DNA of 64,000 nucleotides from a virus (Duplodnaviria > Caudoviricetes), in IMG/VR virus record IMGVR_UViG_3300026094_000002; one strand, 5' to 3'. Positions within the stretch are counted from its first letter, which is position 1; every line of letters begins with the position of its first letter. This document shows, piece by piece, positions 43,930-53,059 of the stretch. Under the pieces are notes generated by a model that made no database searches, was not told the DNA's origin, and saw nothing but the letters and a program-made list of their open reading frames with translations. Made by a program: the position numbers and the translations under genes.

Positions 43930-45106
43930 ACTTGTGTTCTTTGATTGTGGTATTTAGTTTTCTTTTTCTTCCAAATGTACTCTTTTTTGAAGACGAGTAA
44001 ATTTTTTTGTATTCGTAATTTTGAGGACAAAATTTACATTGTGGAATGTGATTTTTTAAATTGCCAACAAACTCTGATAGTTGTTCATCTGTCATATCAA
44101 TGTGTCCCACTGGGGCTGTATAAATTAATTCTCTATCTTTTTCTGACAAATCTAAATTAAATTGTTTATCAAATTCACTAAAAATTACTGAGGTTCCACA
44201 CTTGTTTAGTTTTCCATTTATGAAGTGATGAGAATGTTTGGTGTGGCAAATTTCATGTGCTTTTACTGGATCGCTGTCATGTAGTGTAAAACTATTTGTT
44301 TCCGGCTTAATTTTTAATGCTCCTTGATGAAAAAAATCTTCTAAGCAAATTTTTACTTTGACGTGGTTTTTATCAATTATTAAATATTCAGTCTGGTGAT
44401 GCTTTTCTTCATCTACATTAAAATCATATCGCTCTGTTGCTTCTTTTTTAAATCTTTCTTCAAGATTGTTCCATTCATTCATTGATGTGATTTTTGATAC
44501 CCATTCTTTACTTGGCTTTATTTGTTGGTAACGATCATTAATGCTTTTCCAAAAATAAAATGTTTTTACTAAAAACTCTAATTCATGATGAAACATTTTA
44601 TTTAATTCAGGCAATCCAGAGCAAATATCATTTGTATGAGTTAATTTTGGGAGAAAATCATATGCGGGTGTTTGAAAGATTTTAACTGGATGATGCAAAA
44701 ATGAAAGAACTGTTTCTAATATGTGATCACGACGATCTACATTATGCAGTCCAATGCTAACATTTGTTTTGTTTTCTAATAAAGTTTTATACAGTTCTTG
44801 GTTAAATTTTTTTTCATAGCTTCCATTAGTCACCAGCGTTGCATTATTAGTTTCTCCCCATAGATGTCTAATTCCCGAAATCCATTCAAGTAGGTCTGGG
44901 TTGCTCATTGGCTCACCACCTAAAATATAATAATCATTAAATTTTAGTCTTTTTGACCACTTTTCGTAAATGTCTTTATAATCACTCCATCGTTGATGAC
45001 CAGTAAATGCATAATTGTTGAACCTATTACAGCCTTCACAATTAAAATTACAGGTATGCGTTATATAAAACTCTACATAGTCAATGAATTCTCTATTATC
45101 AGACAT
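43907..45106 (-). CDS. Radical SAM protein
   Basis: ITHTCNFNCEGC, LGGEP, LVTNG and C-terminal CH...KC...CKFC motifs. Confidence 0.88.
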   Translation of the reverse strand: MSDNREFIDYVEFYITHTCNFNCEGCNRFNNYAFTGHQRWSDYKDIYEKWSKRLKFNDYYILGGEPMSNPDLLEWISGIRHLWGETNNATLVTNGSYEKKFNQELYKTLLENKTNVSIGLHNVDRRDHILETVLSFLHHPVKIFQTPAYDFLPKLTHTNDICSGLPELNKMFHHELEFLVKTFYFWKSINDRYQQIKPSKEWVSKITSMNEWNNLEERFKKEATERYDFNVDEEKHHQTEYLIIDKNHVKVKICLEDFFHQGALKIKPETNSFTLHDSDPVKAHEICHTKHSHHFINGKLNKCGTSVIFSEFDKQFNLDLSEKDRELIYTAPVGHIDMTDEQLSEFVGNLKNHIPQCKFCPQNYEYKKIYSSSKKSTFGRKRKLNTTIKEHKYEYTRPF

Positions 45107-45115
45107 TTATGACAT

Positions 45116-45937
45116 TTACATGTTGTTTGTAGATTTGCGAGAAACATATGCCTCACAAGCCTTTGCCGCCTCGTCTAATTCAGAAAACGTGCTTTTGGCT
45201 GGTTTTCCTTTAATAGAAATACGAAAACCATCATCTTCATTGCCATGAATCTTAATTTCCTGACCATCATCTGTAGTGTAAGTTTTAACAGATGGTCCGA
45301 TGCTGCCGGGGTCTGTTCTTGATACTTCGGCACTTTTTAGCTCAGCATCTTTATTAATAGTACTTGCCAAACTGTCAAGATAATCGCCTAACTGCATGGG
45401 TTGATCAGAAACAACATCTTCTTGCGTCTGCATATTTTCAGATCTTTCTAAATTTTTCTCAATGCTGCTAACCCATCCTGAAACATCAGAGGAACCGATT
45501 TCATCCAAATCATTCATCATTTCTGCTATGGAATCAACTTCACTCATTACTGCTTCTGGTCCATACTTACTTAAAAGATCAACATGTTTCATGGCTATTC
45601 TGCGTATGATTGCATTTTTAACTGCTTCGGTTGTATCATTGCTACTATCGTGTTCGCTTTCGCCACCAACAAAGTACCCTTTAGTAGGATGGTCTTTCTC
45701 TGGCTCACCAATTACTGGAGAAATGTTTTCAGGCTCAAAATCGCCCGGCAGTTGGTTTGCCTCCGGTACTTGTCTTGCCTCTTGGGTTGCCCTACCTTCA
45801 GTAAGTGTATCAAAACGATTCAAGATATTAGTAATATCTTTTGTACCATCTTCGCTCATAGATTTATTATTATCTACTTTTTTGCCATTAGAAATATCAT
45901 CTAGGGCATTAATTGCATTATAAATTGGATCAGTCAT
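45116..45937 (-). CDS. Hypothetical acidic late protein, possible internal head protein
   Basis: TAAATA-ATACT-ATG; modules separated by LTE|G, MSE|D and TQE|D. Confidence 0.6.
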   Translation of the reverse strand: MTDPIYNAINALDDISNGKKVDNNKSMSEDGTKDITNILNRFDTLTEGRATQEARQVPEANQLPGDFEPENISPVIGEPEKDHPTKGYFVGGESEHDSSNDTTEAVKNAIIRRIAMKHVDLLSKYGPEAVMSEVDSIAEMMNDLDEIGSSDVSGWVSSIEKNLERSENMQTQEDVVSDQPMQLGDYLDSLASTINKDAELKSAEVSRTDPGSIGPSVKTYTTDDGQEIKIHGNEDDGFRISIKGKPAKSTFSELDEAAKACEAYVSRKSTNNM

Positions 45938-46097
45938 AGTATTATTTATGTTATATTTTAAAAAGTTCTTGTGAATTCCTTATCACTTATTAATATAACT
46001 TTAACTTTCCCTAACATTCGACTCGCCAAGCCAAATTCTTTTCTATATGGACTTCGTATATATTTGCAAAATTCATTTTTTCTTTACTTTATATTGC

Positions 46098-47333
46098 CTA
46101 TAATTCCTGAAACAGTTTTCGGAGAGTTTTTTTATTTTTATTATTTTCGTTTAAAAATGTTTCTCTGTTATGAATTAGTTTTTTTCTAACAGATCTTAAT
46201 TTATGATCTTTTTCTTTTGGTAATAAATTTGAAAACTGACGCATGTTTTCTAAAATTATTTCAATTCTCTTTTCTACATCTGTTTCATAATCATAATCTT
46301 CATCAAATAATTCTGGGAATGTATAATATCCTTGTTTTCTCAAATACTCTAACAATCTAGGGCACCCTAGAACCATAAAAGGATGAAGATTTACGATTGG
46401 CTTAAATGTTTTTTCAGTTACAAAAATACCGTCTTGCACACAAGTTTCAGTAACCATACTATAATAGCTATTACAGTAAAGATTTTTGTCTTTTTTTCTA
46501 TCATCTTCAATTAAAGTATCTGTAGATACATCCAAAACACATGGTTCCCAATTTTTAAAATAAGTCTCAAGATAATGAGATTTTTCTGGATTGTTTTTGA
46601 TATAATCATGTGCTTCATCAAAATAATTTTTATTAAAATTACGTTCTAAAGCACTAATATATCCTATTTTATCTAATTTGTTTCTTTTCAATTCCGAGTG
46701 AAAAAGAATTCTGGGTGGTCGCATACTACCATTGAAACAAAGATAATCTTTGTGTTTAATTTTAAAAATGTCTTCAATTTTTATTTCTTCTTCACATTTA
46801 TCTGAGTGTGTTCGTATTTTGTAATCATCTGCATAACTGTACTGCCAATAATCAATACCTATCGTTTTATCCCAAAAATTTTTAGATTTTGATTGGTTGT
46901 ATAAAGATTCAATTTCTAAGTTGCCGAAAATTAATATTTTATTGGCATTTTCTAAATCATTATTTCTAAATGACAATTCCAAATTGTCTGACCAATCATT
47001 CAACATTAAATCAAATCCTTCATAAGGAAAAAATATTAATATATCAATTTTTTTATCTCGTAAGAGAACTTTGGTTTGTTCTGGTATGACATCAAATAAT
47101 GATCTTAATCCGTCTTTACCGCCTTTTGGCAAAAAATTTTCTACGGGATATATATTTTTCTCTCCTTCAACTGGAAAATCAACTCCTATTTGATTAATAG
47201 AGTATGGTATATCTAATGCTTTTAACTCTCTATGAATTTCACTGTTAGGGAGATTCATAACAGAATGATCAGAAAGATTTTTGATTATATTATCGGAATT
47301 ATGAACTTCGTTATCAAAAAATAAATTAATCAT
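46098..47333 (-). CDS. Putative glycosyltransferase (GT10-like motif), paralog 5 (start revised to MINLFF)
   Basis: YYSMVTET...FVTEKTFKPIVNLHPFMVLG...GYYTF...EDYD; ATG 1 nt after the upstream stop. Confidence 0.6.
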   Translation of the reverse strand: MINLFFDNEVHNSDNIIKNLSDHSVMNLPNSEIHRELKALDIPYSINQIGVDFPVEGEKNIYPVENFLPKGGKDGLRSLFDVIPEQTKVLLRDKKIDILIFFPYEGFDLMLNDWSDNLELSFRNNDLENANKILIFGNLEIESLYNQSKSKNFWDKTIGIDYWQYSYADDYKIRTHSDKCEEEIKIEDIFKIKHKDYLCFNGSMRPPRILFHSELKRNKLDKIGYISALERNFNKNYFDEAHDYIKNNPEKSHYLETYFKNWEPCVLDVSTDTLIEDDRKKDKNLYCNSYYSMVTETCVQDGIFVTEKTFKPIVNLHPFMVLGCPRLLEYLRKQGYYTFPELFDEDYDYETDVEKRIEIILENMRQFSNLLPKEKDHKLRSVRKKLIHNRETFLNENNKNKKTLRKLFQEL

Positions 47334-47334
47334 A

Positions 47335-47796
47335 TTATAGCGATATTTTTTCAACTCTAGTTCGAGTATTTCTTGTAATAGGATCACCATAAAAATCAGG
47401 AAGTGCTCTAGTAAGGAATGGAGAGATGCTTATTCTTGTTAAAAATTCCCAGTCTGTGATATTATAACTTGATAATTCTCTAGCAAAATGTGTACATACT
47501 CCATAATGAAATCCTGTATAATTAAGATGGTTTATCTTTTCTTCTTTTAAATACTTTTCAAGGTCATCTTTATTGGTTGTAATGAAATCAAAATTAACAT
47601 CTAGATAAGGATGGGTATGTTTCAAATAATTTATTTCAATTATTTTAGAACCCTTGCTTTGTAAGTCTTTTAACCTGCTATTAAGATAAAGCACAAAATA
47701 ATTATTAGTTTTTTCTTCGTCAAAATAAGCATAAGATGCTTTAGGATCGCAAACGTCCATCACAACAATAGCGAGTTTTTGATAATCAATATCCAT
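47335..47796 (-). CDS. Isochorismatase/cysteine hydrolase-like protein, putative
   Basis: IVVMDV and YTGFHYGVC resemble the family's Asp and Cys-containing motifs. Confidence 0.4.
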   Translation of the reverse strand: MDIDYQKLAIVVMDVCDPKASYAYFDEEKTNNYFVLYLNSRLKDLQSKGSKIIEINYLKHTHPYLDVNFDFITTNKDDLEKYLKEEKINHLNYTGFHYGVCTHFARELSSYNITDWEFLTRISISPFLTRALPDFYGDPITRNTRTRVEKISL

Positions 47797-48208
47797 GTGT
47801 ACGTGCGTTATTCAGTACTCTTTTTATTGCAGCAACATGGCTTTGGATATAATCGTGCTCGCTTTCAAGGTTCATCATCTTAGCCATTGCCATTATTTGT
47901 TCTGCTAAATTTTCAGCCATCATCACATCTTCTTGAGTGGCTGATTTCATTTCTTTAACGGTGTGTTTTTCCAGATAAAAAAGAACATCTTGCATTTTTG
48001 CTGTTCTTCTTGCTAAATCCATATCATCTACACGATCTTCAATGTCATTATATAGTTTAGTTGCACTGGGACACATATCATAATGGCGTGTTTGATAGTC
48101 ATCTACAACAATTTCGCCTGAATCTGAAGTTTCATCATTCTGCGAATCATCGTTTTCGCATATTATGTTTAATTTTTCGTCTAAATTTCTGAAAAAATCA
48201 CTACTCAT
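47786..48208 (-). CDS. Hypothetical protein, possible internal head protein
   Basis: LNIICE|N site; YQTRHYDMCPSA motif. Confidence 0.6.
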   Translation of the reverse strand: MSSDFFRNLDEKLNIICENDDSQNDETSDSGEIVVDDYQTRHYDMCPSATKLYNDIEDRVDDMDLARRTAKMQDVLFYLEKHTVKEMKSATQEDVMMAENLAEQIMAMAKMMNLESEHDYIQSHVAAIKRVLNNARTHGY

Positions 48209-48219
48209 CGTTGTCGTTC

Positions 48220-49266
48220 CTATGACTTGTTTTTAACATTTTTGGCTTTGCCTTCACGATCTGGATTGGGGTCTTTTCTTCTTTTTCTTTTAACCGCTCT
48301 TGCAATACCGGCTTTGCCATCTTTTTTACCATCATCGTTGGCATCAGAATTTCTCAAACTTGCGGCTTTGCTTTTACTTAAACACTTGGGTTTGGCTCTG
48401 CCATCGGTTTCACCACATTTGCCGATACGCTCACCTTTGCTATTATAAGCATCCCAGCCGCCACCACCGGCACCACCTTTTTTACCATCACCAAACCATT
48501 TTTTTAGATCTTCTGTTAGTTCATCCATAGATATTAATTCGTTATCATATTTAAAGTAGAGAATTTCACCAAACTCATCAATATCATCATAAAAATCTGC
48601 TTGTAAATAATATTTACCGGGTTCACCGTGCGTTGTATTGTTATCTAAGACATCCATGCCAATACCGAACCTATCTGCTAAGTTAGATACTTTGTCCCAA
48701 TCAAACTTTTTCTTAAAGTTTACTATAGCAATCGCACCTTCATCGTCTACCTCAATGCCTTCTTTTTTGACACAATTAGGAACACGCTTTCCATAATGGG
48801 TCTTCATACCTTTTTTTTCATAGCCTTTCTGGCAGCGAGTACCTTCAGTGATTTCTATGCCCTTCTCATCTTTTGCAATGTCAATAAGACGTAACTTTGT
48901 TAAAATGTCTTTATTTTCTTGTTTTAATTCGTCTGAGAGGCCGTGCTTTTGGGGATCAAAATCTAAAGAAACGCCTCTTTTTTTCTGGGCTATGTCTGCT
49001 ATCTCTTTTCTTCGGGACAAGAGTTCTTTTTCAAGATTAAGCAATTCTTTTTCATCCATACTTCTGTATGGTGCCAATTCGGCGTCTCTTTGTTGCCCTC
49101 TTTTTTCTCTTTCTTCTTCGCCCTTTCTTAAGCCAGCACTGTATCCTTTGACATACTCACTGGCTTCGGGTCCATATTTGGCAGATGCTCTGGGATCTCG
49201 CTGTCCTCGCATCCCGTCCGAGACACCTGCACTATATGCACTTTCAAAAAGTTCGTTAATTTTCAC
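48220..49266 (-). CDS. Modular basic protein, possible internal head polyprotein (start revised to GTG, MKINELFE)
   Basis: GTG directly after the upstream stop; modules ITE|GTRCQKGY...PNCVKKE and LTE|DLKKWF...CG...PKC...RKR. Confidence 0.65.
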   Translation of the reverse strand: MKINELFESAYSAGVSDGMRGQRDPRASAKYGPEASEYVKGYSAGLRKGEEEREKRGQQRDAELAPYRSMDEKELLNLEKELLSRRKEIADIAQKKRGVSLDFDPQKHGLSDELKQENKDILTKLRLIDIAKDEKGIEITEGTRCQKGYEKKGMKTHYGKRVPNCVKKEGIEVDDEGAIAIVNFKKKFDWDKVSNLADRFGIGMDVLDNNTTHGEPGKYYLQADFYDDIDEFGEILYFKYDNELISMDELTEDLKKWFGDGKKGGAGGGGWDAYNSKGERIGKCGETDGRAKPKCLSKSKAASLRNSDANDDGKKDGKAGIARAVKRKRRKDPNPDREGKAKNVKNKS

Positions 49267-49267
49267 G

Positions 49268-49528
49268 TTAGTCGTCCTTGTTGCCCCAATTCTCAGCACC
49301 AACTTTTCTGCATTGTACTAACGCACCCGATGCATAAGCACTTGGCCAAACTTTGTAGCGTGATTTTACTTTGTGATAGCAAGCGTCTTTTTCACCAGCA
49401 GCCTCATCAAACTCTTCTTCTGTTAGAAGTGCGTCTTCATATAAAACTTGACCACTCTCGGTTATGTTTTCGCCCTCTGTGAGATTGTCTAATTTATCCA
49501 TTAAATTTTTAATGTCATTGCTACTCAT
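49268..49528 (-). CDS. Small protein with DACYHKVKSRYKVWPSAYASG module
   Basis: 86 aa; LTE|G, ITE|S and LTE|E sites precede the module. Confidence 0.7.
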   Translation of the reverse strand: MSSNDIKNLMDKLDNLTEGENITESGQVLYEDALLTEEEFDEAAGEKDACYHKVKSRYKVWPSAYASGALVQCRKVGAENWGNKDD

Positions 49529-49537
49529 AATTTTTCC

Positions 49538-49984
49538 TTAAGTTCTATTCTCTTTGAGCATACTCTGAATCATCCAGCGATATTTCATCATGACGTGAAT
49601 GCGTTCAGATACAAACCCTGACGATGGATCAGAATTTTCTTGTTCGGGTGCAAATGCAACTATTTCGTTAGCCAACTCTAACAGAATATCAATATCATTT
49701 TTTATTTCTGAGAGCATTATTCTGGCTCGTGGTATTTTTGTCTGACCATTAATGCGACTTAACTCTAAAAATCTCTCAAAACTTCCCGGAGCATATCCTC
49801 CTAACATTCTGATATGTTCTGCAGTCTGGTCAACGGCATTATTAAAGATATCTTCATAAAGTTCCTGAAAAAAATCATGTAATTGTTTGAATTCAGGTCC
49901 TTCTACATTCCAGTGAAAAAAGTGACACTTTGCCATAAAAGCATATTGTGAAGACAGAAATTGTTTTAGTTTATCTATGTACAT
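49538..49984 (-). CDS. dps: Dps / ferritin-like DNA protection protein
   Basis: HFFHWNVEGPEFKQLHDFFQELYE...DQTAEHIR...KYRWM motifs. Confidence 0.88.
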   Translation of the reverse strand: MYIDKLKQFLSSQYAFMAKCHFFHWNVEGPEFKQLHDFFQELYEDIFNNAVDQTAEHIRMLGGYAPGSFERFLELSRINGQTKIPRARIMLSEIKNDIDILLELANEIVAFAPEQENSDPSSGFVSERIHVMMKYRWMIQSMLKENRT

Positions 49985-50044
49985 TTTTGCTGCAATTTGC
50001 GTATGGGGTATTTATGATAAAACTACACATTTTAATTGTAGTTC

Positions 50045-50344
50045 TTATCTTATTTCAAACTCGCGGTCACCAATTCGTTTAGCCTTTCCTTTTTCAATTT
50101 GAAGATTATTTGCCTCAAATTTCAATAATTTTTCTGTTAGTGGCTCAACGGTTATTGTATATTTTCCGGGGGGAGCATGTAATTGAACTACTTCTTGTAA
50201 ATATTTTTCTTTATTCCAACGAAATGTTCTGTCTGCAAACAACTCATCATTGACATACAAACGATATTCAGGGGCTTCGCTCAACCACTCGCAATAAATA
50301 TCAATTGTTACTGTTACGAATTTTTTATTATCTACCTCAGTCAT
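50045..50344 (-). CDS. Hypothetical beta-rich protein (start revised to MTEVDN)
   Basis: YRLYVNDELFADRTFRW; TATAAATA at 50367-50374. Confidence 0.7.
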   Translation of the reverse strand: MTEVDNKKFVTVTIDIYCEWLSEAPEYRLYVNDELFADRTFRWNKEKYLQEVVQLHAPPGKYTITVEPLTEKLLKFEANNLQIEKGKAKRIGDREFEIR

Positions 50345-50383
50345 ATTAAATACTACCAATATCAAATATTTATAGGGATTAAC

Positions 50384-51190
50384 ATGAAGTATTTTGAAAA
50401 TGTACTCTCCAACGAAGATTTAATTCAACTCAATGAATACGAAATTGTCCATGATGACAGAACAGATGCACGTCCTGATGTTGTTAGCAAACATCCACGA
50501 TGGGACACTGACGAGTGGCCACAACACATAGTCAAAAAAGCATTAGATAGTTGTTTAGACTATGAGTATGAAGTGGAAGAGGTTATTTTCAATAGAAGCA
50601 AAATTAGTTTTCGCTTACATGCTGATTCCGGAAAAGACGAGAGAGCACGGCGAGGACATGCAGTCTTAATTCCTCTATACACTGATGGCCCATCACATAC
50701 GGTCTTCTTTGACAACTATTGGTATGGAGATAGTACAAAATTCAGCAAAGAAGAAATACTCCCATTTGAGTATCGCCTTCCTAACAAAGATGGTGAGTGG
50801 CAATATGTACCAGATATAAGAGAACTTCTTAACACTTGTGTTAATAATCCCGATAGCGTTGTTGATTTTGATGTTGATGCAGATTTTATTAAAGAATTAG
50901 AAAATCTTGTTGAGGCAAGGTCTAATCAAAAACTTAGCAAAGTAGATGGCAGAACATACGACTACAGTGATGTAGAAAATTATGATCCAGAGGCCACTTT
51001 TGATCCAGAACTACACGAAAAGTATCTTTCACATATAGGAATAGAAAGCCTTCATGGTCTTACTATTGAAAGTGCAGCACAATGGAACCCGGGTGATTGT
51101 ATTCGTTTTAGTCGCCGCCAACTACACGCAGCCGGGAGCGGCCACTCTGAGAAGGTTGGTGTGACTGTATTTGTTCAGCCGGTTGAATAG
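50384..51190 (+). CDS. 2OG-Fe(II) oxygenase-like protein with a large insertion
   Basis: HxD (LHADSG), VLIPL and distal WNPGD...F...QLH motifs. Confidence 0.55.
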   Translation: MKYFENVLSNEDLIQLNEYEIVHDDRTDARPDVVSKHPRWDTDEWPQHIVKKALDSCLDYEYEVEEVIFNRSKISFRLHADSGKDERARRGHAVLIPLYTDGPSHTVFFDNYWYGDSTKFSKEEILPFEYRLPNKDGEWQYVPDIRELLNTCVNNPDSVVDFDVDADFIKELENLVEARSNQKLSKVDGRTYDYSDVENYDPEATFDPELHEKYLSHIGIESLHGLTIESAAQWNPGDCIRFSRRQLHAAGSGHSEKVGVTVFVQPVE

Positions 51191-53051
51191 AACACCGCCA
51201 GTAACGATTCTTTCTCTGGAAATGATATGCTACACGGACAAACTCTGATTCGCTCTGTATAGTATTACAATCTAAATGTGATATTTCTATATTATCAGCA
51301 TCAACTTCAAATAATGTCTGGCACAAATCAGGCTCAATCTCTATAGTAAATGGATATGTTTCACGCCAATCGGCACATATTCTACTATTAATTTCATAGA
51401 CTTTATCAGGAACCTCTGCAAAGTTATCAACAATTTGTTTCATTTCTTCAAGTAACTGTTGCCTATTTCTATGAAAATTAACACTGGTTGCACTTTTATA
51501 CTCCCAGAATATGTTGTCAATCTTCCGCCCCCACAATTCTTTGTGTTCAAACACATCTCTGATTGATTGGTCAGTCTCAATATGCTCTTTATAAATTAGT
51601 GTGTCTGGGTATTCAAGTAAACTTTCAATAAACATTTTGATGAACTGTGTATGACTTATATCGTGCTTTTTGTTTATGTAATCCATCAGTACATGTCCCC
51701 AGCCATAGTAGTATAGCGTTATCAACCAGTGAGCATGCAAATGTCCTGAAAGCATCTCTTCGTAATCAGCAGTATTTGTTCCCCATACTGCATCAACATA
51801 TTCGGGAACACGACCATTGTCTTCGTCATTCAACCAAAAAGTATCCAGCGGAACTGTTTCATATTTCAAACCATTCATCCTGATATAGTTACTTTGTCCC
51901 ATCAATGCGTTTGGCGTTAGGACAAGTGGATGCACCATTAAGAAATCTTTCTGGCCCATATCAATTAACTTTTGCATACCCTCTAAAAGACTATTAACAG
52001 TTTCGTTGGGCATAGGCCATATCATTTCGGAGTATGTGGGAATGTCGTTTTGGCGATAAAACTCCATTGCACCTTCTATGACATTTTCTTTTAGATTAAA
52101 TCTTTTTGTAGCATCTAAAGTTGGCTTATTCATGCTCTGAACAGCAAATGTTATGCCTTTAAACAAATTGGTACCTGCTTCTTTATCAGCAATAGCCATT
52201 TGTTTTATGCGTTCTGTGTTGTTCTTTGCCCATGTAACATCCCAAAATTTTGGATATCCGTTTTTAACTTTTTTGTCAATAACATATTTTGTTATGTCAA
52301 GGTCACGCTCCCATATGCCCCAATTAGAATCGCAAACACTGACATACTCAATTTGTCTATCACTCATCCAATCTATTTCTTCATGCACGCGGTCTATATC
52401 AAATGAAATTGTTTTATTCCAATACTTGTCACCAATATCACAAAAACCACATTGATACGGACATCCTCGCATTGTTTCATAGGTCACCTGCCACATAATG
52501 TCAGGGTCGTCATAGCGAGACATTATCCAGTCATAAAATCCAGAAAGGATAGGGCTTGGCAATTCATTCAAGTCTTTGGTTCTGACAGGCTGGTTAGTAA
52601 TCAATCCGGGAATTGATATGCCGGGGATATGGTCAAATTCACCAGTGTCTAAGTTTTTGACTACTTCGTTAAATCCAATCTCGTTTTCACCGAGTATAGC
52701 AACATCAAAGTAGTCGTGTGTGTATAGAAGATTTTCATCAGTCTTGCTTACTTGTGGTCCACCAATTATAATTTTACATTCTGGCCATCTTTCTTTTATT
52801 TTTTTCGCTAAACGACAATTGTACTCCCAGTTCCAAACATAACAACTCATTGCCATCATATCTGGCTCGTGTTGTATAGAATCTACATATTCATCTATAT
52901 TGACTTTTTCTATTAGAACATCTTGTAATTGCCATTGATTGGCTATATGGGGGTCTTTTAAAGCATTAAGCCACTGATATGCAATCGCTAAGGGAAGAAA
53001 TTTGTTTGGTCCGTATGAATCTACTACTTGGACAAGTATGGCATTTTTCAT
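51108..53051 (-). CDS. B12-binding-domain radical SAM protein
   Basis: LPLAIAY, SCYVWN, IIIGGP, ETMRGCPYQCGFC and CDSNWG motifs. Confidence 0.9.
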   Translation of the reverse strand: MKNAILVQVVDSYGPNKFLPLAIAYQWLNALKDPHIANQWQLQDVLIEKVNIDEYVDSIQHEPDMMAMSCYVWNWEYNCRLAKKIKERWPECKIIIGGPQVSKTDENLLYTHDYFDVAILGENEIGFNEVVKNLDTGEFDHIPGISIPGLITNQPVRTKDLNELPSPILSGFYDWIMSRYDDPDIMWQVTYETMRGCPYQCGFCDIGDKYWNKTISFDIDRVHEEIDWMSDRQIEYVSVCDSNWGIWERDLDITKYVIDKKVKNGYPKFWDVTWAKNNTERIKQMAIADKEAGTNLFKGITFAVQSMNKPTLDATKRFNLKENVIEGAMEFYRQNDIPTYSEMIWPMPNETVNSLLEGMQKLIDMGQKDFLMVHPLVLTPNALMGQSNYIRMNGLKYETVPLDTFWLNDEDNGRVPEYVDAVWGTNTADYEEMLSGHLHAHWLITLYYYGWGHVLMDYINKKHDISHTQFIKMFIESLLEYPDTLIYKEHIETDQSIRDVFEHKELWGRKIDNIFWEYKSATSVNFHRNRQQLLEEMKQIVDNFAEVPDKVYEINSRICADWRETYPFTIEIEPDLCQTLFEVDADNIEISHLDCNTIQSESEFVRVAYHFQRKNRYWRCSIQPAEQIQSHQPSQSGRSRLRVVGGD

Positions 53052-53059
53052 AGTTTAAA

